A stretch of 31,147 bases of DNA from Lysobacterales bacterium (GCA_022844165.1 JALHMH010000047.1:1-31147), one strand, 5' to 3'. Positions 1 through 9,211 are shown, numbered from the stretch's first letter. Notes: generated by a model not told the origin, from the sequence alone. Translations and numbers: made by a program.

Positions 1-591
1 AGCGGCAGCAATGCGTTTGGCGCGCAGGCCGCGAGTGAGGATGCGGATGGGAATGGGTCGGTGGTCAAGTTTGACCTGCGGTTCCCTGGGCAGCAGTGGG
101 ATGCGGCGGTGGGGTTGCACTACAACTACTTCCGGGACTATGAGGCGGGCACGGGACGGTATGTTGAGAGTGATCCGATTGGGTTGGATGGGGGCATTGC
201 AACTTACAGCTACGTCACTGGTGCGCCTCATAATGCTTCAGATCCGTTAGGCGAAACGCCGCTCATCGCGCGTGTCTGTGCGCGGTTTCCTCAGGTGTGC
301 GCTGCGTTCGCGGCTTGTCGAATCAACCCAGCCAGTTGTCGCCGTCTTTACTGCAACGCGAGTTCCGAAATCGGCAAGTACAAGATTTTTTGCACAGGAA
401 CGCCATCATGTCGCGGCAACGAGATTCCTTGGGCCCGAGAGCTAAAGACGGCCGGTTGGTGCATCTGCTGGGCAAATAGGGTTTTTGAGAAATTCGTCTG
501 TCGTCGCGGCCAGTCTGATGCTGGCCATGATCCGCCGATAGAACAAGCAGAGGAACATTGTCGAAGGTGTTTTGAAGAGTGCCTCAAGTGA
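1..591 (+). CDS. Rhs repeat-associated core domain protein, 3' portion (5' end outside window), with Cys-rich C-terminal toxin tip
   Basis: Frame 1 is open from base 1. It carries the Rhs core signature LRFPGQ..GLHYNYFRDY...GRYVESDPIGL.GG..Y.YV...P....DPLG, followed by a divergent 112-aa tip (253-588). Confidence 0.92.
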   Translation, partial: SGSNAFGAQAASEDADGNGSVVKFDLRFPGQQWDAAVGLHYNYFRDYEAGTGRYVESDPIGLDGGIATYSYVTGAPHNASDPLGETPLIARVCARFPQVCAAFAACRINPASCRRLYCNASSEIGKYKIFCTGTPSCRGNEIPWARELKTAGWCICWANRVFEKFVCRRGQSDAGHDPPIEQAEEHCRRCFEECLK

Positions 592-1124
592 CTTCTCGTC
601 GCTCTCAGATTGTAGAAGCGGCGCGAGATGGCGATTGGTCGGAATGCGTTCTCTTGATTGAAGAAGCAACTGCAAGCCATCCATTCTTGCAGTCGGAGAA
701 AGGGTTGCTGAGTGCAATGCTTGATCTTGATGCACCTGACTACGTGGTCGCATCGCTGATCAAGGCGGGATACTCTGTGGGAGATTTTGGCAGCATCCCT
801 AGTCCATTCGAGCGATGCCTTGAGGACTTTCGCCTTTCGGAGCGGAAGGCGGCTATTGCTCGGATTCTCTTGGAATGTGGCGTCGACGCAAATGCTTCCC
901 TTTCCACGGGAAGAATGCCTCTCACGGAAGCTGTTGCACGGGACATTCCGGAGCTTGTTGGGATTCTGCTTGATCACGGTGCCGATCCCAACAAGCTAGA
1001 CGTCCATGGAATTGAGAGCACTAGTCCGTTGACTCTCGCGCGAGAAAAGCGCAACGCTGCTAGCTTGATGCTTCTGAAACGAGTTGCCTCGACGAAGAAC
1101 GAGCGAAGAACGAGGACAGCCTAG
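588..1124 (+). CDS. Ankyrin-repeat protein, probable cognate immunity protein of the Rhs toxin
   Basis: GTG start overlaps the Rhs TGA (GTGA at 588-591). Ankyrin motifs ILLECGVDANA, GRMPLTEAV, ILLDHGADPN and SPLTLA are present. The position directly after the toxin is typical of immunity genes. Confidence 0.8.
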   Translation: MTSRRSQIVEAARDGDWSECVLLIEEATASHPFLQSEKGLLSAMLDLDAPDYVVASLIKAGYSVGDFGSIPSPFERCLEDFRLSERKAAIARILLECGVDANASLSTGRMPLTEAVARDIPELVGILLDHGADPNKLDVHGIESTSPLTLAREKRNAASLMLLKRVASTKNERRTRTA

Positions 1125-1143
1125 CGAAGAACGAGGACAGCCT
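1093..1143. repeat. Stuttered short direct repeats of CGAAGAACGAG(GACAGCCTA)
   Basis: An 11-bp copy at 1093-1103, a 21-bp copy at 1104-1124, and a third copy from 1125 running into the long repeat unit. Confidence 0.9.
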
Positions 1144-1577
1144 AATTTTGATAAGCGCTCTTCGAGTCAGCAGACGTCTAAACGTTTAGACGTCTGAAAT
1201 TGCTGTCAGAAAAAGGCTGCGCTTTTCGCGCGGCCAACGCGCCCAGACGCCGGCGGCGTCAAGAATGCGCGGAGGTAGAAGAACGAGGACAGCCTGATTT
1301 TGATTAGCGCTCTTCGATTCAGCAGACGTCTAAACGTTTAGCCGTCTGCAATTGCTGTAAGAAAAAGGCTGCGCTTTTCGCGCGGCCAACGCGCCCAGAC
1401 GCCAGCGGCGTCAAAAATGCGCGGTGGGACAAAGAACGAGGACAGCCTGATTTTGATTAGCGCTCTTCGGGTCAGAAGACGTCTACACGTTTAGACGTCT
1501 GCAATTGCTGTCAGACAAAGGCTGCGATTTTCTTGCGAGCAACGCGCCCAGACGCCGGCGGCGTCAAGAATGCGCGG
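1126..1577. repeat. Three tandem ~147-bp palindrome-containing repeats (REP/transposon-end-like array)
   Basis: Units at 1126-1272, 1278-1424 and 1431-1577 differ by scattered substitutions and are joined by 5-6 bp linkers (AGGTA, TGGGAC). Unit 1 contains the perfect 26-bp palindrome CAGACGTCTAAACGTTTAGACGTCTG (1171-1196) and a GACGCC-ggc-GGCGTC hairpin. Confidence 0.95.
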
Positions 1578-1587
1578 ATGGGTCTGC

Positions 1588-2270
1588 TCACCGGTTGGCG
1601 GCAAGGCTCCGCGCGTAGCCGATGCCTTTGAGCCACTGCTGGTTGAGCGCTCTGGCTTTCTCCGCCATTGCCTCGACGCCACCAACGAATCGCTGGTACG
1701 CAGAGCGTAACCCTTTGACGTGGCCGGTCCAATAGTCGCCATCGATTCCAAGCTTTCGCAACGCCGGTGGCTCGCTTGAAGCGATCACACCGCGTTTGCC
1801 GGGTTTGAGTTGGCGCCCGGTGTAGTCGACAAGTTCGATGTATTGCGCACTCGTCATCGGCAGACGGCTGCCGATTGGCTTTACGTCTCCATCGAACTTG
1901 TCGCCGCTCGGCAGGAACACACCGAAGCCGGCGATCGGCATCAGCAGTTGGTTGGCGTTGCTCGGATTCTTGCGCAACTCTGTTGCTCGCGCCTGCACGC
2001 TGGTGTGATCGGAACCTACGACACTCTCAGCAATGCCGGCGCGCACGGGATTGAGATCGACGTACGCCATGGCAGCGGCCAGCGCACACTCATCGGCGAG
2101 CAGCTGACTCTTGAATCGTCCCTCCCAGAATCGCCCGGTCACATCGTCCTCGGCATTCGCTCGCCGCGCGATGTACTCATCCAGACAGCGCATAAACCAC
2201 GACAAATTCATCAGTCGTTTGCGGCGAAGGTCGACGGCGGTGGAACTGGCGAGCAGCGCGGCTTTCTGGC
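1588..2270 (-). mobile_element. C-terminal half of a REP-associated tyrosine transposase (RAYT, IS200-like Y1/HUH); N-terminal HUH motif missing
   Basis: Signature LSWFMRCL.E.IARRANAED..TGRFWEGRFKSQ.L.DE.AL.A.MAYVDLNPVRAG (Tyr codon 2062-2064) and Y.ELVD.TGR...PGKRG.I. No upstream NHxH motif is present. Confidence 0.85.
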
Positions 2271-3125
2271 TCAGATGCCAATCGGTTGGTAGCGATGGCC
2301 AAAGCGGATGCGGACACCAACCCATCGAGATCGTGATTGCCAAATCCTGCCCGGCAACGGTGAGCGGGTTGGCCAAAAGCGCTTGTTGAAGCGCTTCGCA
2401 GCGTCCCGCGGGAACCTCGGCCGTTGTGCCCGGCACGAGCCAGAGAAACTCCTCGCCTCCCCAGCGAACCACCACGTCGTTTTCGCCCTGGCAGCGTTGC
2501 AGCAATTCGGCGAGATGCACGAGCGCCCGGTCGCCTACCAAATGGCCGAGACGGTCGTTGATGCGCTTGAAATGGTCGATATCGACCATGATCACAAATA
2601 GCGGCTCGGCGCTCGATTCGGTGCGCTGCTGCATGAACTCCTGAAGGAAGCGTCGGTTCGGGAGTCCGGTCAGCGCGTCGCGCAGGCTTTGAAGACGAAT
2701 AGTCTCGTTGAACTGTTCGAGGTTTGCGCGCTGCGCTTCGATCTCGCGGTTCTTCTGTTCCAACAGCGCATTGGCGCGGGCTTTGAAACGAACCTGACGC
2801 GCCAGCAGCGCCGCGAACAGACTGAGCGCCAGCAGGCTCAGGCCCATGGCGATGCCGAGCGTGCGCTGGCGTGCTTGCGCGGCTTTGGCTTCGGCTAACG
2901 AGGACTCTTGCAACAATCGGTCGCGCTCGGTGCTGGCCAGTTTCTGTTCGGTGCGCGCTAACTCGATCGTGGCCTCCAGCTTGGCGATGCGCTCGTTCGA
3001 CTCCACGGAAACGCTCTCGTCGCTGAGCGTCTTGAACTCGCGCATCATCGCGAGCGCCTCGGCATGACGTCCTAAGGCCTCGAGGTTGTCGATCATCCGC
3101 GGATAAGTGAGCTGTCGACGATTGC
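2271..3125 (-). pseudogene. Internal fragment of a TPR/coiled-coil-TM-GGDEF diguanylate cyclase, fused in frame to the transposase remnant (continuous ORF 1588-3096)
   Basis: RDALTGLPNRR, MVDIDHFKRINDRLGHLVGD, RWGGEEF (2446-2460) and ITISMG are present, with an upstream TM helix. The terminal AD.ALY.AK..GRN segment, signal peptide and TPR N-terminus are absent. Confidence 0.8.
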
Positions 3126-3245
3126 CGTACGGCCAAGGGTGCCGACAATGCTCATAATCCGTTCACCGCCTCTAAGTCGTGTTCAGATCTCCACGACGCC
3201 ACCAGAGCGGTCAGGCGGAAGAGATGCCCGAGCGCTGACGCCAGC

Positions 3246-3725
3246 TCAGAGCCACCAACTGAGGGCGAACACACCGAGCATCGTAAAGGCCAAGCCAATT
3301 TTCGCCACCGAGCCCACCAAAAATCCCAGCCATGCGCCAACGCCGGCCTTCGCCGCCTGCTGCAGTTGTTTGCCGGCGATCAACTCGCCCGCAAGCGCGC
3401 CCACAAAGGGACCGATCAGTAGACCGATGAGCCCAAAGAACAGGCCAAGCAGCGTGCCAACGGCCGCGCCAACCACCGCCAGCTTGCTGGCGCCCATGCG
3501 TTTGGTGCCGAGCAACGTCGCTACAAAGTCGACAATCAAGGCGAGCGCCGTGAGCAGTCCCAAGACCACCAGCGTCATCCATCCGATCCGCGCGAAGTCG
3601 TCGACCCAGGCGGCGAGAAACAAGCCCGCGAAGACCACCGGCAGACCCGGCAGCGCCGGCAATATCGTGCCGGCAAGGCCAATGAGGACCAAAACTGCGG
3701 CGAGCAAATACAGAACGATGTCCAT
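3246..3725 (-). CDS. DUF456 (YqgC-like) membrane protein
   Basis: GLAGTILPALPG and G.L.GPFVGALAGEL motifs; hydrophobic throughout. Start set at MDIVLY. Confidence 0.85.
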   Translation of the reverse strand: MDIVLYLLAAVLVLIGLAGTILPALPGLPVVFAGLFLAAWVDDFARIGWMTLVVLGLLTALALIVDFVATLLGTKRMGASKLAVVGAAVGTLLGLFFGLIGLLIGPFVGALAGELIAGKQLQQAAKAGVGAWLGFLVGSVAKIGLAFTMLGVFALSWWL

Positions 3726-3806
3726 GCGCTCAATGTTACGGACACACGACGCGGGACGCACCATGCCGAAGGTCTATGATGTCGCTTTACTTCGGAAAAG
3801 CGCCCT

Positions 3807-4889
3807 ATGTCTCTTAAACTCACGCCGCTCAACGCCGCGCATCGTGCGCACCATGCCAAGCTCGTCGATTTTGGCGGATGGGAGATGCCGCTGCACTACG
3901 GCTCGCAAATCGAAGAGCACCATCAGGTTCGTAGCGATCAAGGTATGTTCGATGTGTCGCATATGACTGTAGTCGATTTGAGCGGCGATCGCTGCAGAGC
4001 ATTTTTGCGCAAGCTGGTCGCCAACAACGTCGACAAGCTGAAAGTCTCTGGCAAAGCGCTCTACACCTGCATGCTGAACGAACGTGGTGGTGTGATCGAT
4101 GACTTGATTGTGTACTTCATGCGCGAGGATTTTTTTCGCCTTGTCGTGAACGCAGCCACGCGCGAGAAGGACCTGGCGTGGATTCGAACCCAGGCAATCA
4201 CCTTCGACATCCGTGTTGACGAACGCGAAGATTTGGCGATGATCGCCGTGCAAGGCCCGAACGCTCGCAATACCGTCGCCAGCCTGTTGGGCGAACAGAA
4301 CGCTGCGGCACTCGCGCTCGGCCGCTTCGCCGCGCTGCAAGCGGGGGATCTGTTTGTCGCACGTACCGGCTACACCGGCGAGGACGGCTTCGAGATCGTA
4401 CTGCCGGCAACAGCCGCCGCTGATTTCTGGGCACGGCTGAATGCTGCGGGCGTCAAACCTTGTGGGCTCGGCGCGCGCGACACGCTGCGCCTTGAGGCGG
4501 GATTGAACCTCTACGGGCAGGATATGGACGAGGCCATCACGCCATTCGAAGCCAATCTCACCTGGACGGTTGCGCTCGATCCACCCGATCGCGATTTCAT
4601 TGGCCGCGCCGCGCTGGAGGCACAAAAGATGCGCGGCGTCGAGCGCGTGATGGTGGGCCTGGTGATGGACGAAAAAGGCGTACTGCGCCACGGCCAGGTG
4701 GTACACACCGATCAAGGCAGCGGCGAGATCCTCTCCGGCACATTCTCGCCAACGTTAGGCAAAGCCATCGCGTTGGCCCGCGTGCCAGCCGGCGCCATTG
4801 GCGCCGCGCAAGTCGACATCCGCGGCAAGCTGATGCCAGTGCGCATCACCGGCGCGAGTTTTGTGCGCGAGGGCAAGTCGCTGGTTTGA
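3807..4889 (+). CDS. gcvT: Glycine cleavage system aminomethyltransferase T
   Basis: [33 protein letters not shown] and [13 protein letters not shown] motifs; 360 aa. Confidence 0.97.
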   Translation: MSLKLTPLNAAHRAHHAKLVDFGGWEMPLHYGSQIEEHHQVRSDQGMFDVSHMTVVDLSGDRCRAFLRKLVANNVDKLKVSGKALYTCMLNERGGVIDDLIVYFMREDFFRLVVNAATREKDLAWIRTQAITFDIRVDEREDLAMIAVQGPNARNTVASLLGEQNAAALALGRFAALQAGDLFVARTGYTGEDGFEIVLPATAAADFWARLNAAGVKPCGLGARDTLRLEAGLNLYGQDMDEAITPFEANLTWTVALDPPDRDFIGRAALEAQKMRGVERVMVGLVMDEKGVLRHGQVVHTDQGSGEILSGTFSPTLGKAIALARVPAGAIGAAQVDIRGKLMPVRITGASFVREGKSLV

Positions 4890-4979
4890 GCCAATGTTGG
4901 ATTTCGCATGGTACGCCGGGCCCCAGGATCGTCATTGCGCCCCGAACTTGTTGCGCAACCTTCGCACTTTGAGACTTCG

Positions 4980-5013
4980 ATGTCATCGGGCTGTCACTTT
5001 GGATTTATAGGTT
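4980..5013 (+). promoter_or_regulatory. Pho box (PhoB site) with downstream -10 element
   Basis: aTGTCAT-cggg-CTGTCAC (4980-4997) matches the 11-bp-period CTGTCAT direct repeat. TAGGTT (5008-5013) lies exactly 10 bp downstream, and the downstream genes include a phosphatase. Confidence 0.72.
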
Positions 5014-5044
5014 GCGGCGCTTCCCCAAGCCAGCCGAGTCCGAT

Positions 5045-7855
5045 ATGTCCCGCCAGCCGCTACGCCATCCTCTGTTGATCGCCATTGCTGTCGCGCTCGC
5101 GCCAGCTTCGCTGTTAAACGCCCAGGGCGCAGAGCGCAGCGAACGAATTCGCATCGAAGCCGCCGGCGCTGCGGGTGTCGTGACGGGCCGGGTGCGCGAA
5201 GCGGGTGGCGTCGGGCTTGCAGGCGCAGTTGTCAGGATCGGCGACCGGCAGGTGGTCACCGATCGGGATGGCGTCTTTCGATTCGCCAATGTGCCGGCCG
5301 GTGAGCAAAGCCTGAGTATCGACTATGTCGGTTATCAGCCACTCGAAACCACGTTCGAAGTGGGTGCCAATGCCGGACTGCGGGCCGAGCTGACGCTCGT
5401 CAGCACGCTGGCGACAGGCCAGTTCGATGCCATCGAAGTGCGTGCATCGCGCGATGCGCAGGCGCTGGCACTGAACCAGCAGCGCAGTTCCGGGAACTAC
5501 GTCAATGTGGTATCTGCCGACTTGTTGGGCCGTTTTCCGGACGCCAATGTGGCTGAATCCACGCAGCGCATTCCTGGCGTATCGATCTCGCGCGATCAAG
5601 GCGAAGGCCGATTCGTCAACGTTCGGGGCGCGCCTCCGGAGTTTACGAAGGTCTCCGTCGATGGCGTGAATCTGTCGGCGCCCAATGCGTTCAGTCGCGC
5701 TGTGGAACTCGATACGATTCCGCCCGACGCCGTGGCCGCAATGGAAGTGACTAAAGCGCTGACCCCAGACATGGACGGCGACGCGATTGCGGGCACCATC
5801 AATCTGGTGACGCAAAGCGCACTCGACCGCGACGGCCCTATCTTGCGCGCATCGGTGGGTGCCGGCCAGTACGAGCTGGAATCAGGCGAAAACACCCGGG
5901 TCAGCGCCTCGGCTGGTGGCCAATTCGGCACAGCGGGCAATTTGGGCCTGCTGTTGTCGGTCTCCGGCAGTCGCGTGGGACGATTGACCGACAACATCGA
6001 AACCACATTTTTCCGCGCCGACGATGGGCGACTGCTGCCGGAGCTCACCGAGATTAAAGACTACGACGGCGAGCGTACGCGCACCGGCGTCACGCTGCGC
6101 GGCGATGCGCGGCTGTCAGAAGACCATTTGTTGTATGCCGTACTCGGCAACTCCAAGTTCCGCGACAAAGAGTATCGCAACACACTTTCGATCACCTACG
6201 AGCGCCATAGCGCCGATGCCAGCGACATTGGCGGCGTCGCTGGCCGCGCGACTTTCGACAAGGAAATTCGCGAGCGCATTCAGGAGCAGCGCATTCGCAC
6301 GGCCAACGTCGGCGGCGAACACTATTTCAGCGATTGGAATCTCGATTGGCAAGCCGACTACAGCCAGGGCAAACTCGATCTGCCGGCGCGCCAGCAATTC
6401 ATCTATCGCAACACCGTGCGCCCGGCAATGCGTTACGACTACAGCAATCCCGATTTCCCCACCTTCACATTGCTCAACAGTAACGGCAGCGTGCTCCAGG
6501 AAGGCGTGAATCTGGCCGAGTCGAGTTATGCCTTCCGCCGTTACAACCAGCGCTTCGAACAAGCCGACGAGAGCGAATTTGCGCTGCGACTCGACCTGCA
6601 GCGCGAACAGAGTTTTATTGGCGATGCTGGAACGGTACAGTTCGGCTTGCGCTCGCGGTTGCGCGAGAAGGACAGCAACGACGATCGCAATCGCAACGGT
6701 GTGGTCGCCAATGGCCCGGCCTATGCGACATTGTTGTGCGACCGCATCGCCAACAACTTCGGTCGTTATCCGTTTGGGCGCGTGTTTTGTAACGACGTGT
6801 TTACCCGGTTCGGCGGCAACGTACAAAACGCCAATCTGCTGCCGCTGGTCGCCGACTCGATCGTCAGCGATTATCGCGCCGATGAAGACATCCTGGCCGG
6901 CTACGTGCGCCTGGATGCCGAATGGGACAACGGCTGGTCGATGATCGCCGGCGTGCGCTTTGAACAAACCGATACCGCCGGCGACGCGTTTCGTTTCGAC
7001 GCCGACAGCCTGAGCGCAGTTCCAGTCAGCGTCGACCGCGACTACAACGATGTGTTGCCGAGCCTGCATCTGCGCTATGAAGTTACGCCGGACACGATCT
7101 TTCGCGCCTCGGTCTCGACAGCTTTGTTCCGACCCAACTACTTCGACACCGTGCCGCGGGTGGTGGTCAGTGACGATGATCGTGAAGCGGAAGCCGGCAA
7201 CCCGGACCTGAAAGCCACGTACTCTCGTAACTTCGATGTGTCGATCGAACGCTATTTGCGTCCGCTGGGTTTGTTGTCGGCCGCGTTCTTCTACAAAGAT
7301 CTCGACGATCCGATCTTTATTGCCAGCAGCGAGCAAGTCGGCGGACCGTTCGACGGATTCGATATCACACGCCCGGAAAACGGCGAAAGCGGCAGTTTGC
7401 AAGGTTTGGAACTGGCATGGCAGCAGACCTTCGATCAACTGCCGGCGCCGTTCGACGGATTGGGTGTGTACGCGAATTACACCTACACTGAGTCAGACGC
7501 CGAATTGCCGTTCGGCATCGGCAGTACTGAGTTGCCCGGCACATCGCGGCACAATTACAACTTTGCGCTCAGCTACGAAAAGCACAAAATCAACGCCCGC
7601 ATCGCTTACAACTACCGCTCCGAGTACATCCAGGAGTTTGCCGTGGGCGATCCGGACTTGAACGTCTTCTGGGATGCGCGCGAAATCGTCGACTTCTCGT
7701 CCAGCTATGAGTTTGCAGAACAGTGGCAGGTGTTCGCTGATGTCAACAACATTACCAACTCGCGTCAGCGCAGGTTCCAGGGTGTCAGCAGCCGCGTACT
7801 CGAGTTGGAAGAGTTCGGTCGCTATTGGTTGGTCGGCTTGCGTTTCAAATACTGA
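5045..7855 (+). CDS. TonB-dependent receptor with N-terminal carboxypeptidase-regulatory-like domain
   Basis: Signal peptide; plug motifs FPDANVAES.QRIPGVS..RDQGEGRFV.VRG and EVTKALTPDMDGDAIAGTINL; AGNPDLK; C-terminal GLRFKY. Confidence 0.95.
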   Translation: MSRQPLRHPLLIAIAVALAPASLLNAQGAERSERIRIEAAGAAGVVTGRVREAGGVGLAGAVVRIGDRQVVTDRDGVFRFANVPAGEQSLSIDYVGYQPLETTFEVGANAGLRAELTLVSTLATGQFDAIEVRASRDAQALALNQQRSSGNYVNVVSADLLGRFPDANVAESTQRIPGVSISRDQGEGRFVNVRGAPPEFTKVSVDGVNLSAPNAFSRAVELDTIPPDAVAAMEVTKALTPDMDGDAIAGTINLVTQSALDRDGPILRASVGAGQYELESGENTRVSASAGGQFGTAGNLGLLLSVSGSRVGRLTDNIETTFFRADDGRLLPELTEIKDYDGERTRTGVTLRGDARLSEDHLLYAVLGNSKFRDKEYRNTLSITYERHSADASDIGGVAGRATFDKEIRERIQEQRIRTANVGGEHYFSDWNLDWQADYSQGKLDLPARQQFIYRNTVRPAMRYDYSNPDFPTFTLLNSNGSVLQEGVNLAESSYAFRRYNQRFEQADESEFALRLDLQREQSFIGDAGTVQFGLRSRLREKDSNDDRNRNGVVANGPAYATLLCDRIANNFGRYPFGRVFCNDVFTRFGGNVQNANLLPLVADSIVSDYRADEDILAGYVRLDAEWDNGWSMIAGVRFEQTDTAGDAFRFDADSLSAVPVSVDRDYNDVLPSLHLRYEVTPDTIFRASVSTALFRPNYFDTVPRVVVSDDDREAEAGNPDLKATYSRNFDVSIERYLRPLGLLSAAFFYKDLDDPIFIASSEQVGGPFDGFDITRPENGESGSLQGLELAWQQTFDQLPAPFDGLGVYANYTYTESDAELPFGIGSTELPGTSRHNYNFALSYEKHKINARIAYNYRSEYIQEFAVGDPDLNVFWDAREIVDFSSSYEFAEQWQVFADVNNITNSRQRRFQGVSSRVLELEEFGRYWLVGLRFKY

Positions 7856-7929
7856 GCAAGCTCCGCCAGAGTCCGGAGCGACGCGCCAAATACCCGACCG
7901 ATCCGCCACACGACCTGAGGAAGTTCAGA

Positions 7930-9144
7930 ATGATCCGCGCCGCTTTGACCGCCATGGTTTTCTCCGCCTCCCCGGCCCTGTTGGCCGAGGAGGCGATTCA
8001 CTTCGTCGCCTTCGGCGACAGCGGCTACATTCCGGCCTATGAACGTCCCGATCCGGAAGAACCGTTGCCGACAACGCTGGGCGACTATCTCGCCCTGGAA
8101 GCGGCCGACTGGATTGAACATCACGGCAACCTGAAGGACTTTACGCCAACGCCATGGGTGTTTGAGAGTTCGCTTGGCGGCTATCTCGCGGCCAGCGGTT
8201 TGTATCCCGTCGCCAAGGCAATGACGGAACAGTGCGCGCGCGATCGTTGCCGCTTCGCGCTGATGCTCGGCGACAACATCTATCCCGACGGCGCGACCCT
8301 GGGCAGCGACGGCATCAGCGACGCGCGGCGGTTCGAAGATATGTTGGACCGTCCGTTCGCAGCGCTGGGACAAGGCATCGACCACTTCACCACCTACGCC
8401 ATCTTGGGCAACCACGACTGGCACCACTCACGCGAGGGTGCGCTCGCACAATGGGAGTACTTGAAGGCGCATCCGCGTTTTACCATGGACGGGCTGTTTT
8501 ACAGCGCCCAACCGAAGGGCCTTGAAGGGCAACTGGAGCTGTTTTTCATCGACACCGAAATGCTGTTGGCGAGCACCACGGTGCGCAAAGACGAACTCGA
8601 TGGCGAGGGCAACGAAATGGACTCGGGCGAGCTGGAAGAATTTCCCGAATTCGCGAAACCTGCGACCGACGCGGAGCGCGCGATGGTGGCCTGGCTCGAT
8701 CGGGCGTTGAAGCGCTCCAAAGCGCGCTGGAAGATCGTGCTTGGCCATCATGCACTGTGGTCGGGCGGCGGCAGCAAGTATGAAAAGGCGCGTGCGCTGC
8801 GCAAGATGCTGATGCCTTCGCTCTGTGCTGGCGCCGATGCTTATCTATCCGGCGACGATCACATGCTGGAGGTTTACAGCCATCAGTGCGCCAACAAAAA
8901 ACCACTGCCAACCCTGGTGACCGGTGCCGCCGGCAAATACCGCGCGATGCACCCCAAATTCATGGCGCAACAAGCGCGCAACAACCCCGAAATGCGCCAT
9001 CACTTCACCAAAGCGTCGACCTGGGGATTCATGCTGCTCTCGCTTCGGGACAACAAGCTTCGGGTGCGCACTTACAGCACCGCCGGCGACATGCAAGGAA
9101 GACCAATCCTGGAGCACGAAACCAGCTTCGATCGTCGCGGTTAA
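7930..9144 (+). CDS. Secreted calcineurin-like metallophosphoesterase (purple acid phosphatase-like)
   Basis: GAGG RBS and a signal peptide; motifs FGDSG, GDNIY, GNHD, IVLGHH and SGDDH. Confidence 0.9.
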   Translation: MIRAALTAMVFSASPALLAEEAIHFVAFGDSGYIPAYERPDPEEPLPTTLGDYLALEAADWIEHHGNLKDFTPTPWVFESSLGGYLAASGLYPVAKAMTEQCARDRCRFALMLGDNIYPDGATLGSDGISDARRFEDMLDRPFAALGQGIDHFTTYAILGNHDWHHSREGALAQWEYLKAHPRFTMDGLFYSAQPKGLEGQLELFFIDTEMLLASTTVRKDELDGEGNEMDSGELEEFPEFAKPATDAERAMVAWLDRALKRSKARWKIVLGHHALWSGGGSKYEKARALRKMLMPSLCAGADAYLSGDDHMLEVYSHQCANKKPLPTLVTGAAGKYRAMHPKFMAQQARNNPEMRHHFTKASTWGFMLLSLRDNKLRVRTYSTAGDMQGRPILEHETSFDRRG

Positions 9145-9211
9145 CGCCAAAGGAATCCAGAACCCATCCTATTCCGAATCATGGATGCCATCGCCATCGG
9201 AATTTCCGGTA

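Noticed and set aside
1126-1577. CRISPR array
   Set aside because: Repeats are ~147 bp with only 5-6 bp linkers, and there are no cas genes in the window.
2177-3148. 323-aa Arg-rich alternative-frame ORF
   Set aside because: It is an off-frame shadow of the GGDEF fragment.
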